From NCBI GenBank assembly GCA_963839145.1, contig CAWITR010000003.1, forward strand, positions 73,306 to 137,305: 64,000 nucleotides of DNA, given 5' to 3'. The stretch's first letter is position 1. Each line of letters opens with the position of its first letter. The notes under the pieces are model-generated. The model was given only the letters and a program-made list of their open reading frames with translations. It did not search any database and had not been told where the DNA came from. The DNA comes from an uncultured Alphaproteobacteria bacterium (lineage in GTDB: Bacteria; Pseudomonadota; Alphaproteobacteria; Sphingomonadales; Sphingomonadaceae). Shown here piece after piece: positions 36,933 through 45,929 of the stretch. Both the position numbers and the translations under genes were made by a program.

Positions 36933-37684
36933 ATGCCGATCGACGTCCACAAGCCGCACCCGTTTCACAACTGGCGCGAATTCCTGAAAGAATATGCGAT
37001 CATCGTTGTCGGCGTGCTCACCGCATTGTTCGCGGAGCAGGCTGTGCAGTCGATCGAGTGGCACCACAAGGTCGACGCTGCGATTGAGGACATGGACCAG
37101 GAGATGAGCAACGGTAACGGGCCGCAGGCATACGTGCGCCTGGCCTTGTACAGGTGCCTCTCACAACGGCTGGAGGCGCTGAAAACCGCGATCAACGGCG
37201 GCGACCGCAGCTCGGTCAGGCGTGGCATCGACCAAATTGCCCTGCCGCTTCGAAACTACAACAGCCACGCTCGGGAAGCGGCCAACTCAGCCGACATTGA
37301 AGCCCGCATACCGCCGGATAGGATGTATGAATATCGGATAGTTTACGCGCTGATACCCGAGCTCGACGACGTTCACCAAAAGGAGCTGGGGATCTCGCGC
37401 AGCTTCGCTCACTTCCGGTCACCGGCGGCCCGCTCGACCAGGACGAAAAGCGAGCCGCGCTCGAAGCCGTCGAGAACCTGATGCTGGACAACGACAGAAT
37501 GAAACGCGCGTCGGCCTTCACCTTGCGGCATATGCGCGATCTCGGGATCGGCGTTAATCGCCAACAGCTGGAGCACAATTTTGACGACGTGCCGACATTC
37601 CGCTCGTGCATGACAAAAGACATCACGCCGATGATCGACATTAGCCCGCCGACTTCCGGGTCGAAGTTCGCTAGTTCCGCCTGA
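36933..37684 (+). pseudogene. Hypothetical membrane-anchored protein, frame broken at the G run 37388-37391
   Basis: ORF 36933..37481 turns into R/S/P-rich sequence after ...HQKELG. The -1 frame is open from about 37335 and reads DLAQLRSLPVTGGPLDQDEKRAALEAVENLMLDNDRMK... through ORF 37481..37684. One extra G would join them. Confidence 0.5.
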
Positions 37685-38114
37685 CGAGAACCACCCCGGC
37701 AAGCACTAGGAGCGCGCCGGCAATGCGCCCGATGTTGATCGGCTCGCGCTCCAGCCCCATTGCCCCGATATGGTCGAGCAGGAGCGCCATTGTGACCTGG
37801 CCCGCGATGCCGATGGTGACAAGCGAGGCGACCCCGATCTTCGGCGCGGCGAAAGCGGCCGTTGCCACGAAGACCGCGCCGTAAAGGCCGCCAAGCCATG
37901 CGTACCAGGGAAGCCCGGCAAAAGCGGACGTCGACGGCCGGTTCCCGCTGGATAGCCAGACCGTGGCAAGTGCTATCGTGCCGACGGTGAAGGAAATCAG
38001 CGCGGCAACGATTGGCGACCCGCCGGCCTTTGCCAGGAGAGCGTTAGTGGGCGCCTGGAGAGCAACCAGTCCGCCAGCGATGAAGACGAGTAGGATCGGA
38101 ATCAGAAAAGGCAA
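37671..38114 (-). CDS. DMT-superfamily membrane protein (DUF606/YdcZ-like)
   Basis: Five hydrophobic segments and the N-terminal GGLVALQAPTNALLAK typical of DUF606. Confidence 0.7.
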   Translation of the reverse strand: MPFLIPILLVFIAGGLVALQAPTNALLAKAGGSPIVAALISFTVGTIALATVWLSSGNRPSTSAFAGLPWYAWLGGLYGAVFVATAAFAAPKIGVASLVTIGIAGQVTMALLLDHIGAMGLEREPINIGRIAGALLVLAGVVLVRRN

Positions 38115-38129
38115 ATTGCTATCCTCGCT

Positions 38130-40190
38130 TTACCCGGAGCGAATGAGCCCGATCGCCTGGTCGCGCTCGAACAAGTAGAGGCATGTGCGTGCAGCCTGGC
38201 CGCGTGGAGCTGACAGGCCGCCGTCGCGGTCGAGCAGGATCTGCGCGTCGGACTGGGCGATTGGAGCGAGGTCTTCCACGTCCTCGGCTGTGGCGACCCG
38301 GAAGCCCTCTTCCCCCGATTGCTTGGTCCCAAGGATCTCGCCCGGCCCGCGAAGCCTCAAGTCCTCCTCGGCGATACGAAAGCCGTCGTTGGTCTCGCGC
38401 ATCAGCGCCAGCCGAGAGCGAGCGGTTTCCGTGAGGTTGGATCCGCGGATCAGCAGGCACGTGCTCTTGCCCGACCCGCGCCCGACGCGGCCGCGAAGCT
38501 GGTGGAGCTGGGCGAGCCCGAACCGCTCCGCGCCCTCGACAATCATCAGGGTGGCGTTGGGAACGTCGACTCCGACCTCGATCACGGTGGTCGCGACCAG
38601 AACGGCCAGGTCGCCGGCAGCGAACGCGGCCATGACGGCATCCTTCTCAGGGCCCTTCATGCGGCCGTGAACGAGGCCGACCTTGTCCTCGCCGAAGCGG
38701 ACCTTCAGGACCCGCGCCCGCTCTTCCGCAGCGGCCGCATCGCTGGTTTCGCTCTCTTCCACGAGCGGGCACACCCAATAGGCCTGTCCTCCCGAAGTGA
38801 TGTGCCGGCCGAGACCGGCAACGACATCCGACAGCTTCTCGTCGCTGATGACGCGAGTTTCGATCGGAGTGCGGCCCGGCGGCATTTCGTCGATCCGGCT
38901 GACGTCCATCTCGCCATATTGGGTCAAGGTGAGCGTCCTCGGGATCGGAGTCGCGGTCATCACCAGCAGGTGCGGCGGCCGCTCGGCCTTTTGCGACAGG
39001 AGCAGCCGCTGCGACACTCCGAACCGGTGCTGCTCGTCGATCACGGCCAAGCCCAGCTTTTTGTACGCGACCTTCTCCTGAAAAATGGCGTGGGTTCCAA
39101 CCAGGATGTCGATCGAGCCGTCGGCCAGGCCCATGAGGACGCTCTCGCGCGCCTTGCCCTTTTCGCGGCCGGTCAGGATGGCGACCTGGACCCCGAGCGA
39201 GTGAAGCTGACTCATCAGCGTCGAATGATGCTGTCGAGCAAGGATTTCGGTCGGCGCGAGCAGCGCCGCCTGAGCGCCCGCTTCGACCGCGATCAACATC
39301 GCCTCGGTCGCAACTAGAGTCTTGCCGGAGCCGACATCGCCCTGGAGCAACCGGAGCATCGGCACGCTCTGCTCCATGTCGCCGCGGATTTCGCCGATCA
39401 CCCGCCGCTGCGCGCCTGTGTGCTCGTAAGGCAGCTTGAGCCTACTGATGAGCTTGTCGGTGCCGGCCAGCGGGAGACCGACCTTTCGCCTGGCCGATTG
39501 CCTGAGAAGCAGAAGCGCCAGCTGATTGGCGAAAATCTCGTCATAGGCGAGCCGCCGCCGAGCATCGGTCGCATTCGGGTCCTGGTGCGCCTCGGCGATT
39601 GCGGATCGCCACGGCCGCCACGCCTCGCGCGCTGCAAGGCTGGGCTCGATCCATTCAGGAAGCTCGGGTGCGCGTTCCACCGCGTGCAGCGCCAGCTCGC
39701 GCATTCGCTTGTTGGTCATGCCTTCGGTCAGCGGGTAGACCGGTTCGCGAATTACCGGCTCCGGGCCCTTCCCCGGCTCCGAGACTTCCGGATGGATGAT
39801 CTGCCACTCGTCGCCATACTGCTCCAGCTTGCCGGAAACGGTGCGAAGCTCGTTCATCGGCAAGCTCTTCTTCGCCCAGCCGGGATTGTTGAAGTAGACC
39901 AGGCTGATCGCGTTACCCTCGCGATCGGCAGCAAAGACCCGCATGGGACCGCGCCCCGAGCGCGGCTCGCGAGTCTGGAACGGCTTCACTTCGATGATGA
40001 CATTACGGCCCAGTAGAGCCGCGCTCGCTGCGGGCGCCCGAACCCGCTCGATGACGCCCGTCGGCAAATGATAGACGAGGTCGATGATCCGCGTCAGGTC
40101 CAACCGCTTCAGCTGCTTCGCGACCTGCGGGCCGACGCCCGGCAAGGTCTCCACTTCTGCGAACAGCGGGTTGAGGATGTCCGGGCGCAT
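38130..40190 (-). CDS. recG: ATP-dependent DNA helicase RecG
   Basis: Wedge domain, Walker A DVGSGKT, DEQHRFG, QLHQLRGRVGRG. Confidence 0.95.
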   Translation of the reverse strand: MRPDILNPLFAEVETLPGVGPQVAKQLKRLDLTRIIDLVYHLPTGVIERVRAPAASAALLGRNVIIEVKPFQTREPRSGRGPMRVFAADREGNAISLVYFNNPGWAKKSLPMNELRTVSGKLEQYGDEWQIIHPEVSEPGKGPEPVIREPVYPLTEGMTNKRMRELALHAVERAPELPEWIEPSLAAREAWRPWRSAIAEAHQDPNATDARRRLAYDEIFANQLALLLLRQSARRKVGLPLAGTDKLISRLKLPYEHTGAQRRVIGEIRGDMEQSVPMLRLLQGDVGSGKTLVATEAMLIAVEAGAQAALLAPTEILARQHHSTLMSQLHSLGVQVAILTGREKGKARESVLMGLADGSIDILVGTHAIFQEKVAYKKLGLAVIDEQHRFGVSQRLLLSQKAERPPHLLVMTATPIPRTLTLTQYGEMDVSRIDEMPPGRTPIETRVISDEKLSDVVAGLGRHITSGGQAYWVCPLVEESETSDAAAAEERARVLKVRFGEDKVGLVHGRMKGPEKDAVMAAFAAGDLAVLVATTVIEVGVDVPNATLMIVEGAERFGLAQLHQLRGRVGRGSGKSTCLLIRGSNLTETARSRLALMRETNDGFRIAEEDLRLRGPGEILGTKQSGEEGFRVATAEDVEDLAPIAQSDAQILLDRDGGLSAPRGQAARTCLYLFERDQAIGLIRSG

Positions 40191-40223
40191 GAACGCCTGT
40201 TAGCGCGAGATTCCGCGCTCGCA

Positions 40224-40520
40224 ATGACGGCGCTCCGATCCTACATCGCCGTCATGCACAAAGACGCGGAACTGAAACGCCTGCGCTGGCGAGCGCACCA
40301 TCGCGGTACCTTCGAGGCCGACCTGCTCGTCGGCGGCTTCTTCGATGCGCATCATGAGTCCTGGACGGCCGAGGACCGCGCCCAGTTTGCGGAAATGCTT
40401 GAAGAGCAGGATGTCGACATCCTGGCGTGGGCGAGCGGAACCGCACAAGCGCCGGAGCGCTATCACGGGCCAATGCTCGATGCGCTCCAGAAGCTCGATT
40501 ACATCCCGATCGCCAAATGA
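40224..40520 (+). CDS. sdhE: Succinate dehydrogenase flavinylation factor SdhE (DUF339)
   Basis: LKRLRWRAHHRGTFEADLLVGGF carries the RGxxE motif. The start is 40224 or 40254. The stop overlaps the mfd start (ATGA). Confidence 0.75.
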   Translation: MTALRSYIAVMHKDAELKRLRWRAHHRGTFEADLLVGGFFDAHHESWTAEDRAQFAEMLEEQDVDILAWASGTAQAPERYHGPMLDALQKLDYIPIAK

Positions 40521-43500
40521 CGGAACCGCTGCAGCGAATCCTCGGCGAGCGCGAGCCGATGACCCTGGCCGGAGTTCCTGCCGGTTTCCTGCCGTGGCTG
40601 GCGGCCGATCTCGCTCGTGCAGCATTCGAACATCGCAACGGCGGACGCGCTGTTGTCATCGTCCCTGACGAATCCGCGATGCGGGCGGTCGCTGACACAG
40701 TCCCCGCCTTCGCTCCCGAAATAGAGGTGCTGACGCTCCCCGCCTGGGACTGCCTTCCCTACGACAGGGCATCGCCGGCGCTCCGGGTGATGGCGGAGCG
40801 GCTGTCGACGCTGAATGCGCTGCAGCGCAAACCGGAAAAGCCGCAGCTGCTCGTGGTCACCGCTAACGGCGCGACGCAACGGGTTTTGACGCCCTTCCGA
40901 ATCCGGCAGCTGACACGGCGTCTGGCTGTTGGTGAACGGATCGAGCGCGAAGAGCTGGTCAAACAGCTGAGCGCACTCGGGTACCAACGCACGGACACGG
41001 TCGCCGAACATGGCGAGTTCGCAGTGCGCGGCTCGCTCGTCGACCTGTTTCCGTCGGGTGAAGCGAACGCCCTCCGGCTCGACTTTTTCGGCGACGAAAT
41101 CGAAAGCCTTCGCCGCTTCGACGCGGCCGATCAGCGATCCACAGGGAAAGCCGATTCGTTCACGCTTCTGCCGGCCTCTGAAGCCCTTCTCGACGAAGGC
41201 AACATCAAGCGCTTTCGCGAGCGCTATCGCGAGACGTTTGGCGGGACAGCAACCGGTGATCCTTTGTACCAGGCGATCTCGGACGGGCGGCGGCTCGCCG
41301 GGATGGAGCACTGGCTTCCACTGCTCGAGGAGAAGCTGGCGACCGTCTTCGATTTTCTCGGCGACGGCGACGTCCTGTTCCGCGACTCCGGGACCGACGG
41401 AGCGCTCGATGCCCGCTGGGAAAGCATCGAGGACTATTTCGAAAATCGTAAGCGGACGATGGCCACCGACGCCGGCAGCTATCGCCCCCTTCCCCCCGAC
41501 GCGCTCTACTTGCCGCGAGCCGATTGGAACTGTGCGGTGCAGTCGGAGCCGATCCACAGGAGCTCACCTTTCCCGGAGCCGGAAGGGCCGCACACGACCG
41601 ACTTCGGCGTCGAGGCGGCGCGCGATTTCGCTCCCGAGCGCGCCCGCAACGACAATGTCTACGAGGCCGTCGCCGAGCATGTGCAGAAGCTTCGAAAGAG
41701 CGGCAGGAGGGTCGTCCTGGCGAGCTACACCAAGGGCGCTCGCGAGCGCTTGGCGGGGCTACTCGAGGAGAATGGCCTCAAGGCCCAGAAGCCAGTCGAC
41801 AGCTGGAATGAGGCGCTCGGAAGCAAGACTCAGCCGTCGCTGCTGGTGCTTCCGCTCGATCACGGCTTTTCAACGCCCGACGTCGCGGTTCTCACCGAGC
41901 AGGATATGCTCGGCGACCGGCTCGTTCGCCGCAGGCGCCGGCGCAAGAACGCCGATGCTTTCCTTGCCGAGATTGCATCGCTGTCGCCCGGCGATCTCGT
42001 CGTCCATGCCGAACATGGCATCGGCAAATATGAAGGCCTGACCCAGATCCCCGTCAGCAGGACGCCGCACGACTGCGTCGCAATCGAATATGCCGGCGGC
42101 GACAAGCTCTACCTGCCGGTGGAGAATATCGAGCTTCTGAGCCGCTACGGCAGCGAAAACGAGGGCGTCGCCCTCGACCGGCTCGGCGGCGAGGCGTGGC
42201 AACGCCGCAAATCGCGGATGAAGGAACGGATCCGGGAGATCGCCGGCGAGCTGATCAAGCTTGCGGCAATGCGCGCGACACGGCCAGCTCCAGTCGCCGA
42301 GCCGGACTCGGCGTTCCCGCAATTCGTCGACCGCTTCCCTTACGAAGAAACCGACGACCAGGAGCGCGCCATCGCCGAAGTCCTCGGAGATCTCGAGGAA
42401 GGCAAGCCGATGGACAGGCTGGTCTGCGGCGACGTCGGCTTCGGCAAGACCGAGGTGGCGCTGAGGGCGGCCTTCGTGGTTGCCATGTCGGGCCTGCAGG
42501 TCGCCCTCATCTGCCCGACGACGCTTCTCGCGCGTCAGCACTACGCCAATTTCATGGAGCGGCTGCAGGGCTTCCCGATCGAGGTTGGACGGCTTTCGCG
42601 CCTGGTTCCTCCAGCGGAGGCCAAGAAGACCAAGGAGGGATTGGAGAAAGGCACAATCGACATCGTCATCGGCACCCACGCGCTGCTGGCGAAGGGCCTC
42701 AAGTTCAAGCGGCTGGGCCTGGTCGTGGTCGACGAGGAGCAGCATTTCGGAGTTGCGCACAAGGAGCGGCTGAAGGCGCTCAAGGCCGACGTCCATGTGC
42801 TCACCCTGACGGCAACGCCGATTCCGCGAACCTTGCAGATGGCGATGAGCGGCCTCCGAGAGCTCAGCGTGATCCAGACTCCGCCCGTCGACCGCCTGGC
42901 GGTGCGGACATATGTCACTCCTTGGGATGGAGTCGTCATTCGCGAGGCCCTGCTCCGCGAACATTATCGCGGCGGGCAAAGCTTCTTCGTCGCTCCGCGA
43001 GTTGCCGATCTTCCCGATCTTGAGAAGTGGCTCCGCGAAGAGGTTCCGGAGATCAAGGCAGTGACAGCTCACGGTCAGATGTCCGCGAGTGAGGTCGAGG
43101 CCCGGATGAGCGCCTTCTACGACCGCAAGTACGACGTCCTGCTATCGACCAGCATTGTCGAAAGCGGCCTCGACATCCCGTCAGCGAACACGCTGATCGT
43201 CCACCGCGCCGACCGCTTCGGGCTCGCCCAGCTGTACCAGCTTCGCGGCCGCGTCGGGCGGTCGAAGGTCCGCGCCTATGCCTATCTGACCACGCCCGCC
43301 AACCGGATCATCACCGAAACCGCACAGAAGCGGCTGCAGGTGCTTGCCGATCTCGACAGCCTCGGCGCCGGGTTCCAGCTTGCGAGCCACGATCTCGATA
43401 TCCGCGGCGCCGGCAACCTGCTGGGCGATGAGCAGTCCGGCCACATCAAGGAGGTCGGCTTCGAACTTTACCAGTCGATGCTCGAGGAGGCGATTGTCGA

Positions 43501-44008
43501 GGTGAAGGCGGGCGGCATCCAGCGCCAGGAGGATTTCTCCCCTCAGATCAGTGTCGACGCGCCGATCCTCATCCCGGAAACCTATGTCCCCGACCTCGAC
43601 CTCAGAATGGCGCTTTACCGCCGCCTCGGCGACCTCGAGGACAAGAGGGCGATCGAGGAATTCGCTGCCGAGCTGATCGACCGCTTCGGCCCGCTTCCGG
43701 ACGAAACGTCGAACCTCCTGAAAATCGTCGAGACCAAGCTCAACTGCAAAAAGGCGATGATCGCCAAGCTCGACACCGGTCCGAGAGGTGCAGTGGTGAC
43801 CTTCGCCTCCAGCGGATTCCCCGATCTTCAGGGGCTGCTCGCCTACATCGACCGGCTCAAGGGCAGCGCCAAGCTGAGGCCCGACAGCAAGCTCGCGGTC
43901 AGCCGCAATTGGCCGAGTGCGGAAGACCGGCTGAACGGCGCTCTCCAGCTTTCCCTCGGTCTTTCCCGGGTCGCCGCCGTCAGCGAGAAGTCGCTCGAAC
44001 CCGCCTAG
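40517..44008 (+). CDS. mfd: Transcription-repair coupling factor
   Basis: Start MTEPLQRIL. GDVGFGKTEVA, DEEQHFG, QLRGRVGRS and a TRCF C-terminal domain. Confidence 0.95.
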   Translation: MTEPLQRILGEREPMTLAGVPAGFLPWLAADLARAAFEHRNGGRAVVIVPDESAMRAVADTVPAFAPEIEVLTLPAWDCLPYDRASPALRVMAERLSTLNALQRKPEKPQLLVVTANGATQRVLTPFRIRQLTRRLAVGERIEREELVKQLSALGYQRTDTVAEHGEFAVRGSLVDLFPSGEANALRLDFFGDEIESLRRFDAADQRSTGKADSFTLLPASEALLDEGNIKRFRERYRETFGGTATGDPLYQAISDGRRLAGMEHWLPLLEEKLATVFDFLGDGDVLFRDSGTDGALDARWESIEDYFENRKRTMATDAGSYRPLPPDALYLPRADWNCAVQSEPIHRSSPFPEPEGPHTTDFGVEAARDFAPERARNDNVYEAVAEHVQKLRKSGRRVVLASYTKGARERLAGLLEENGLKAQKPVDSWNEALGSKTQPSLLVLPLDHGFSTPDVAVLTEQDMLGDRLVRRRRRRKNADAFLAEIASLSPGDLVVHAEHGIGKYEGLTQIPVSRTPHDCVAIEYAGGDKLYLPVENIELLSRYGSENEGVALDRLGGEAWQRRKSRMKERIREIAGELIKLAAMRATRPAPVAEPDSAFPQFVDRFPYEETDDQERAIAEVLGDLEEGKPMDRLVCGDVGFGKTEVALRAAFVVAMSGLQVALICPTTLLARQHYANFMERLQGFPIEVGRLSRLVPPAEAKKTKEGLEKGTIDIVIGTHALLAKGLKFKRLGLVVVDEEQHFGVAHKERLKALKADVHVLTLTATPIPRTLQMAMSGLRELSVIQTPPVDRLAVRTYVTPWDGVVIREALLREHYRGGQSFFVAPRVADLPDLEKWLREEVPEIKAVTAHGQMSASEVEARMSAFYDRKYDVLLSTSIVESGLDIPSANTLIVHRADRFGLAQLYQLRGRVGRSKVRAYAYLTTPANRIITETAQKRLQVLADLDSLGAGFQLASHDLDIRGAGNLLGDEQSGHIKEVGFELYQSMLEEAIVEVKAGGIQRQEDFSPQISVDAPILIPETYVPDLDLRMALYRRLGDLEDKRAIEEFAAELIDRFGPLPDETSNLLKIVETKLNCKKAMIAKLDTGPRGAVVTFASSGFPDLQGLLAYIDRLKGSAKLRPDSKLAVSRNWPSAEDRLNGALQLSLGLSRVAAVSEKSLEPA

Positions 44009-44790
44009 CTCGCTGGCTTCACGAACTTCAAGGCGAACTGGCTCGTGTGCCCGCGGATGGACTTGTCGAACACCGGGGTGTCGAGCGGGTCCTTGGGGTT
44101 CAGAAGCACGTCCGATTGGCCGGCGAACTTGAACCCGGCGGCTTCGACTTCCTGCTTGACCGCTTCAGGGTCGATCCTGTGCAGCGTGTCGGTGTCGGAA
44201 AGGCCGCGCCCCGGCTTCGCCATATGGTCGATGATGAAGTAGGTTCCGCCGGGCTTCAGGATCTTGAACACCGCCCGGTTGAGCACCGACGGATTGTTGC
44301 CGCCCATGAACTTGTCCGGATAATCGTGATAGTTCTGGGAGGTCCAGACGACGTCGACCGGCTCCGGCGTGGTCAACGCGGCGCCTGGCTGAACCTGGAC
44401 CACGATATTCCCGTAATAGCTGCCGGCGGCGAGCTCCTGCATCTTTGTGACATCGCCCGCCGCTTCCTTGGCGTAAGCTTCCGGCCAGATCGCGTAGACC
44501 TTGCCCGTCGGCCCGACGACCTTGCTGAAGATGCGGGTCCAGTACCCGCTGCCCGGTATCAGGTCGACGACCTTGTCGCCGGGCTTCACGCCGGCGAGCG
44601 CGATCAGCGGCCCCGGCTTTCGCCGGGCGTCGTCGGCCGCGCCGTGATCCTTCCGCCCCGGATCGGCCAGTGCGGAGTCCAGCGCCGCTTGCGAGAACTG
44701 CCTCTCCGGCCGGGGAGCGTCAGCCGCCTTGTGGCAGCCGGCGAGCGCGAGCGCGGGAACGGAAAGTACGAGCGTGAGCGATCTTTTCAT
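44005..44790 (-). CDS. Lipoprotein with class I methyltransferase fold (paralogue of 17106..17868)
   Basis: Start MKRSLTLVLSVPALALAGC (lipobox). VVDLIPGSGYW, KILKPGGTYFIIDH, LHRIDPEAVKQEVEAAGF. Confidence 0.75.
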   Translation of the reverse strand: MKRSLTLVLSVPALALAGCHKAADAPRPERQFSQAALDSALADPGRKDHGAADDARRKPGPLIALAGVKPGDKVVDLIPGSGYWTRIFSKVVGPTGKVYAIWPEAYAKEAAGDVTKMQELAAGSYYGNIVVQVQPGAALTTPEPVDVVWTSQNYHDYPDKFMGGNNPSVLNRAVFKILKPGGTYFIIDHMAKPGRGLSDTDTLHRIDPEAVKQEVEAAGFKFAGQSDVLLNPKDPLDTPVFDKSIRGHTSQFALKFVKPAS

Positions 44791-44959
44791 TTCGACCGGC
44801 CTCCTGTTGCCGTTCGGCTGCCCAATCATTGCGTCGTTCGCGAAGCATTTTCGACAGATGCACGGCTGAAACGACGAGCGCCGCCCGATGTTTGCTCGAT
44901 TGGCGGTGCGCTTCGGTTACGCTTATGGTCCAGCGACGAGCGAACAGGAAAGGTCCTTC

Positions 44960-45784
44960 TTGAGCCCGAACGACGCCACGATTCCGGCGGACTCGCCAAA
45001 AGGCGATCTCAAATCGCGAGGAATCGCCCTGCTCTCCTCACACCGCGACCTTGCACAAGCCGCCGAGGAAATGCTCCGACGGCGCTACGACTGGGCCGAA
45101 GAGTCGGAGGCTGAGGTTTTTGTCGCACTCGGCGGCGACGGTTTCATGCTCCACACCTTGCACCGGATCCTCGAAGGCGAGCTTCCGCACCTTCCGGTTT
45201 TCGGAATGAATCGCGGGACGGTCGGCTTCCTGATGAACGACTGGCGCCTGGACCGGCTCGCCGAGCGGATTGATTCCGCCAAGCCGATTCATGTCGCGCC
45301 GCTGCAGATGACCGCCCGGACCGTCGCCGGCGAGACGTTCACCCATGCCGCGATCAACGAGGTGTCGCTTCTTCGCGAAACGCGGCAGACGGCCAAGATC
45401 GAAGTTCTGGTGAACGGCCATACGGCCATTCCCGAACTCGCCTGCGACGGAGTGCTGGTGGCAACGCCGGCGGGATCGACTGCCTACAATCTTTCCGCAG
45501 GGGGACCGATCCTGCCGCTTCAGGCGAAGATGCTTGCGCTAACGGCAATCAGCCCCTTCCGGCCGAGGCGCTGGTCGGGCGCGATCCTCCCCGACGACAC
45601 CAAGGTCTGTTTTGCGGTTCACGACCCGGAGAACCGCCCCGTATCCGCCGTTGCTGATCAGTATGAAGTCCGCGACGTCGCGCGAGTCGATGTCTGCCTG
45701 GAGCGCGAACGTTCGCTCACTTTGTTGTTCGATCCCGAGCACGCGCTGGACGAGCGAATCGCAATGGAGCAATTCGCGACTTGA
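44960..45784 (+). CDS. nadK: NAD+ kinase
   Basis: GGDGFML, NEVSL, ATPAGSTAYNLSAGGPI. The TTG at 44960 behind AGGAAAGG is preferred over the ATG at 44888. Confidence 0.85.
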   Translation: MSPNDATIPADSPKGDLKSRGIALLSSHRDLAQAAEEMLRRRYDWAEESEAEVFVALGGDGFMLHTLHRILEGELPHLPVFGMNRGTVGFLMNDWRLDRLAERIDSAKPIHVAPLQMTARTVAGETFTHAAINEVSLLRETRQTAKIEVLVNGHTAIPELACDGVLVATPAGSTAYNLSAGGPILPLQAKMLALTAISPFRPRRWSGAILPDDTKVCFAVHDPENRPVSAVADQYEVRDVARVDVCLERERSLTLLFDPEHALDERIAMEQFAT

Positions 45785-45842
45785 AGAGGGTTGTGTTTAG
45801 GAGAGGCCGCGCTATCTAGCCCGCGCTGCCCTGTGGGGCTGC

Positions 45843-45917
45843 TCCCCGGTAGCTCAGCGGTAGAGCATCCGACTGTTAATCGGACGGCCGCCTGTTCGAA
45901 TCAGGCCCGGGGAGCCA
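45843..45917 (+). tRNA. tRNA-Asn (anticodon GTT), CCA encoded
   Basis: Cloverleaf read by hand: TCCCCGG/CCGGGGA acceptor stem, GCTC/GAGC D stem, TCCGA-CTGTTAA-TCGGA anticodon arm, GCCTG-TTCGAAT-CAGGC T arm, discriminator G, CCA. Confidence 0.95.
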
Positions 45918-45929
45918 TTTTCTGCCCAT

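Noticed and set aside
35673-37067. 464-aa ORF antisense to tyrS. Similar cases are 49695..51650 (antisense to secA), 47500..49470 (antisense to putA), 41870..43072 and 40499..41557 (antisense to mfd), 25622..27007 (antisense to ampG) and 20729..21736 (antisense to pyrF).
   Set aside because: Their Arg/Pro/Gly/Asp-rich low-complexity translations carry no motifs. Each fully overlaps a gene with unambiguous conserved motifs. Long stop-free antisense frames are expected at about 65% GC.
40191-40223. Inverted repeat AGCGCG-N6-CGCGCT in the recG/sdhE divergent spacer, considered as an operator.
   Set aside because: It is too short and GC-rich to distinguish from chance without comparative data.
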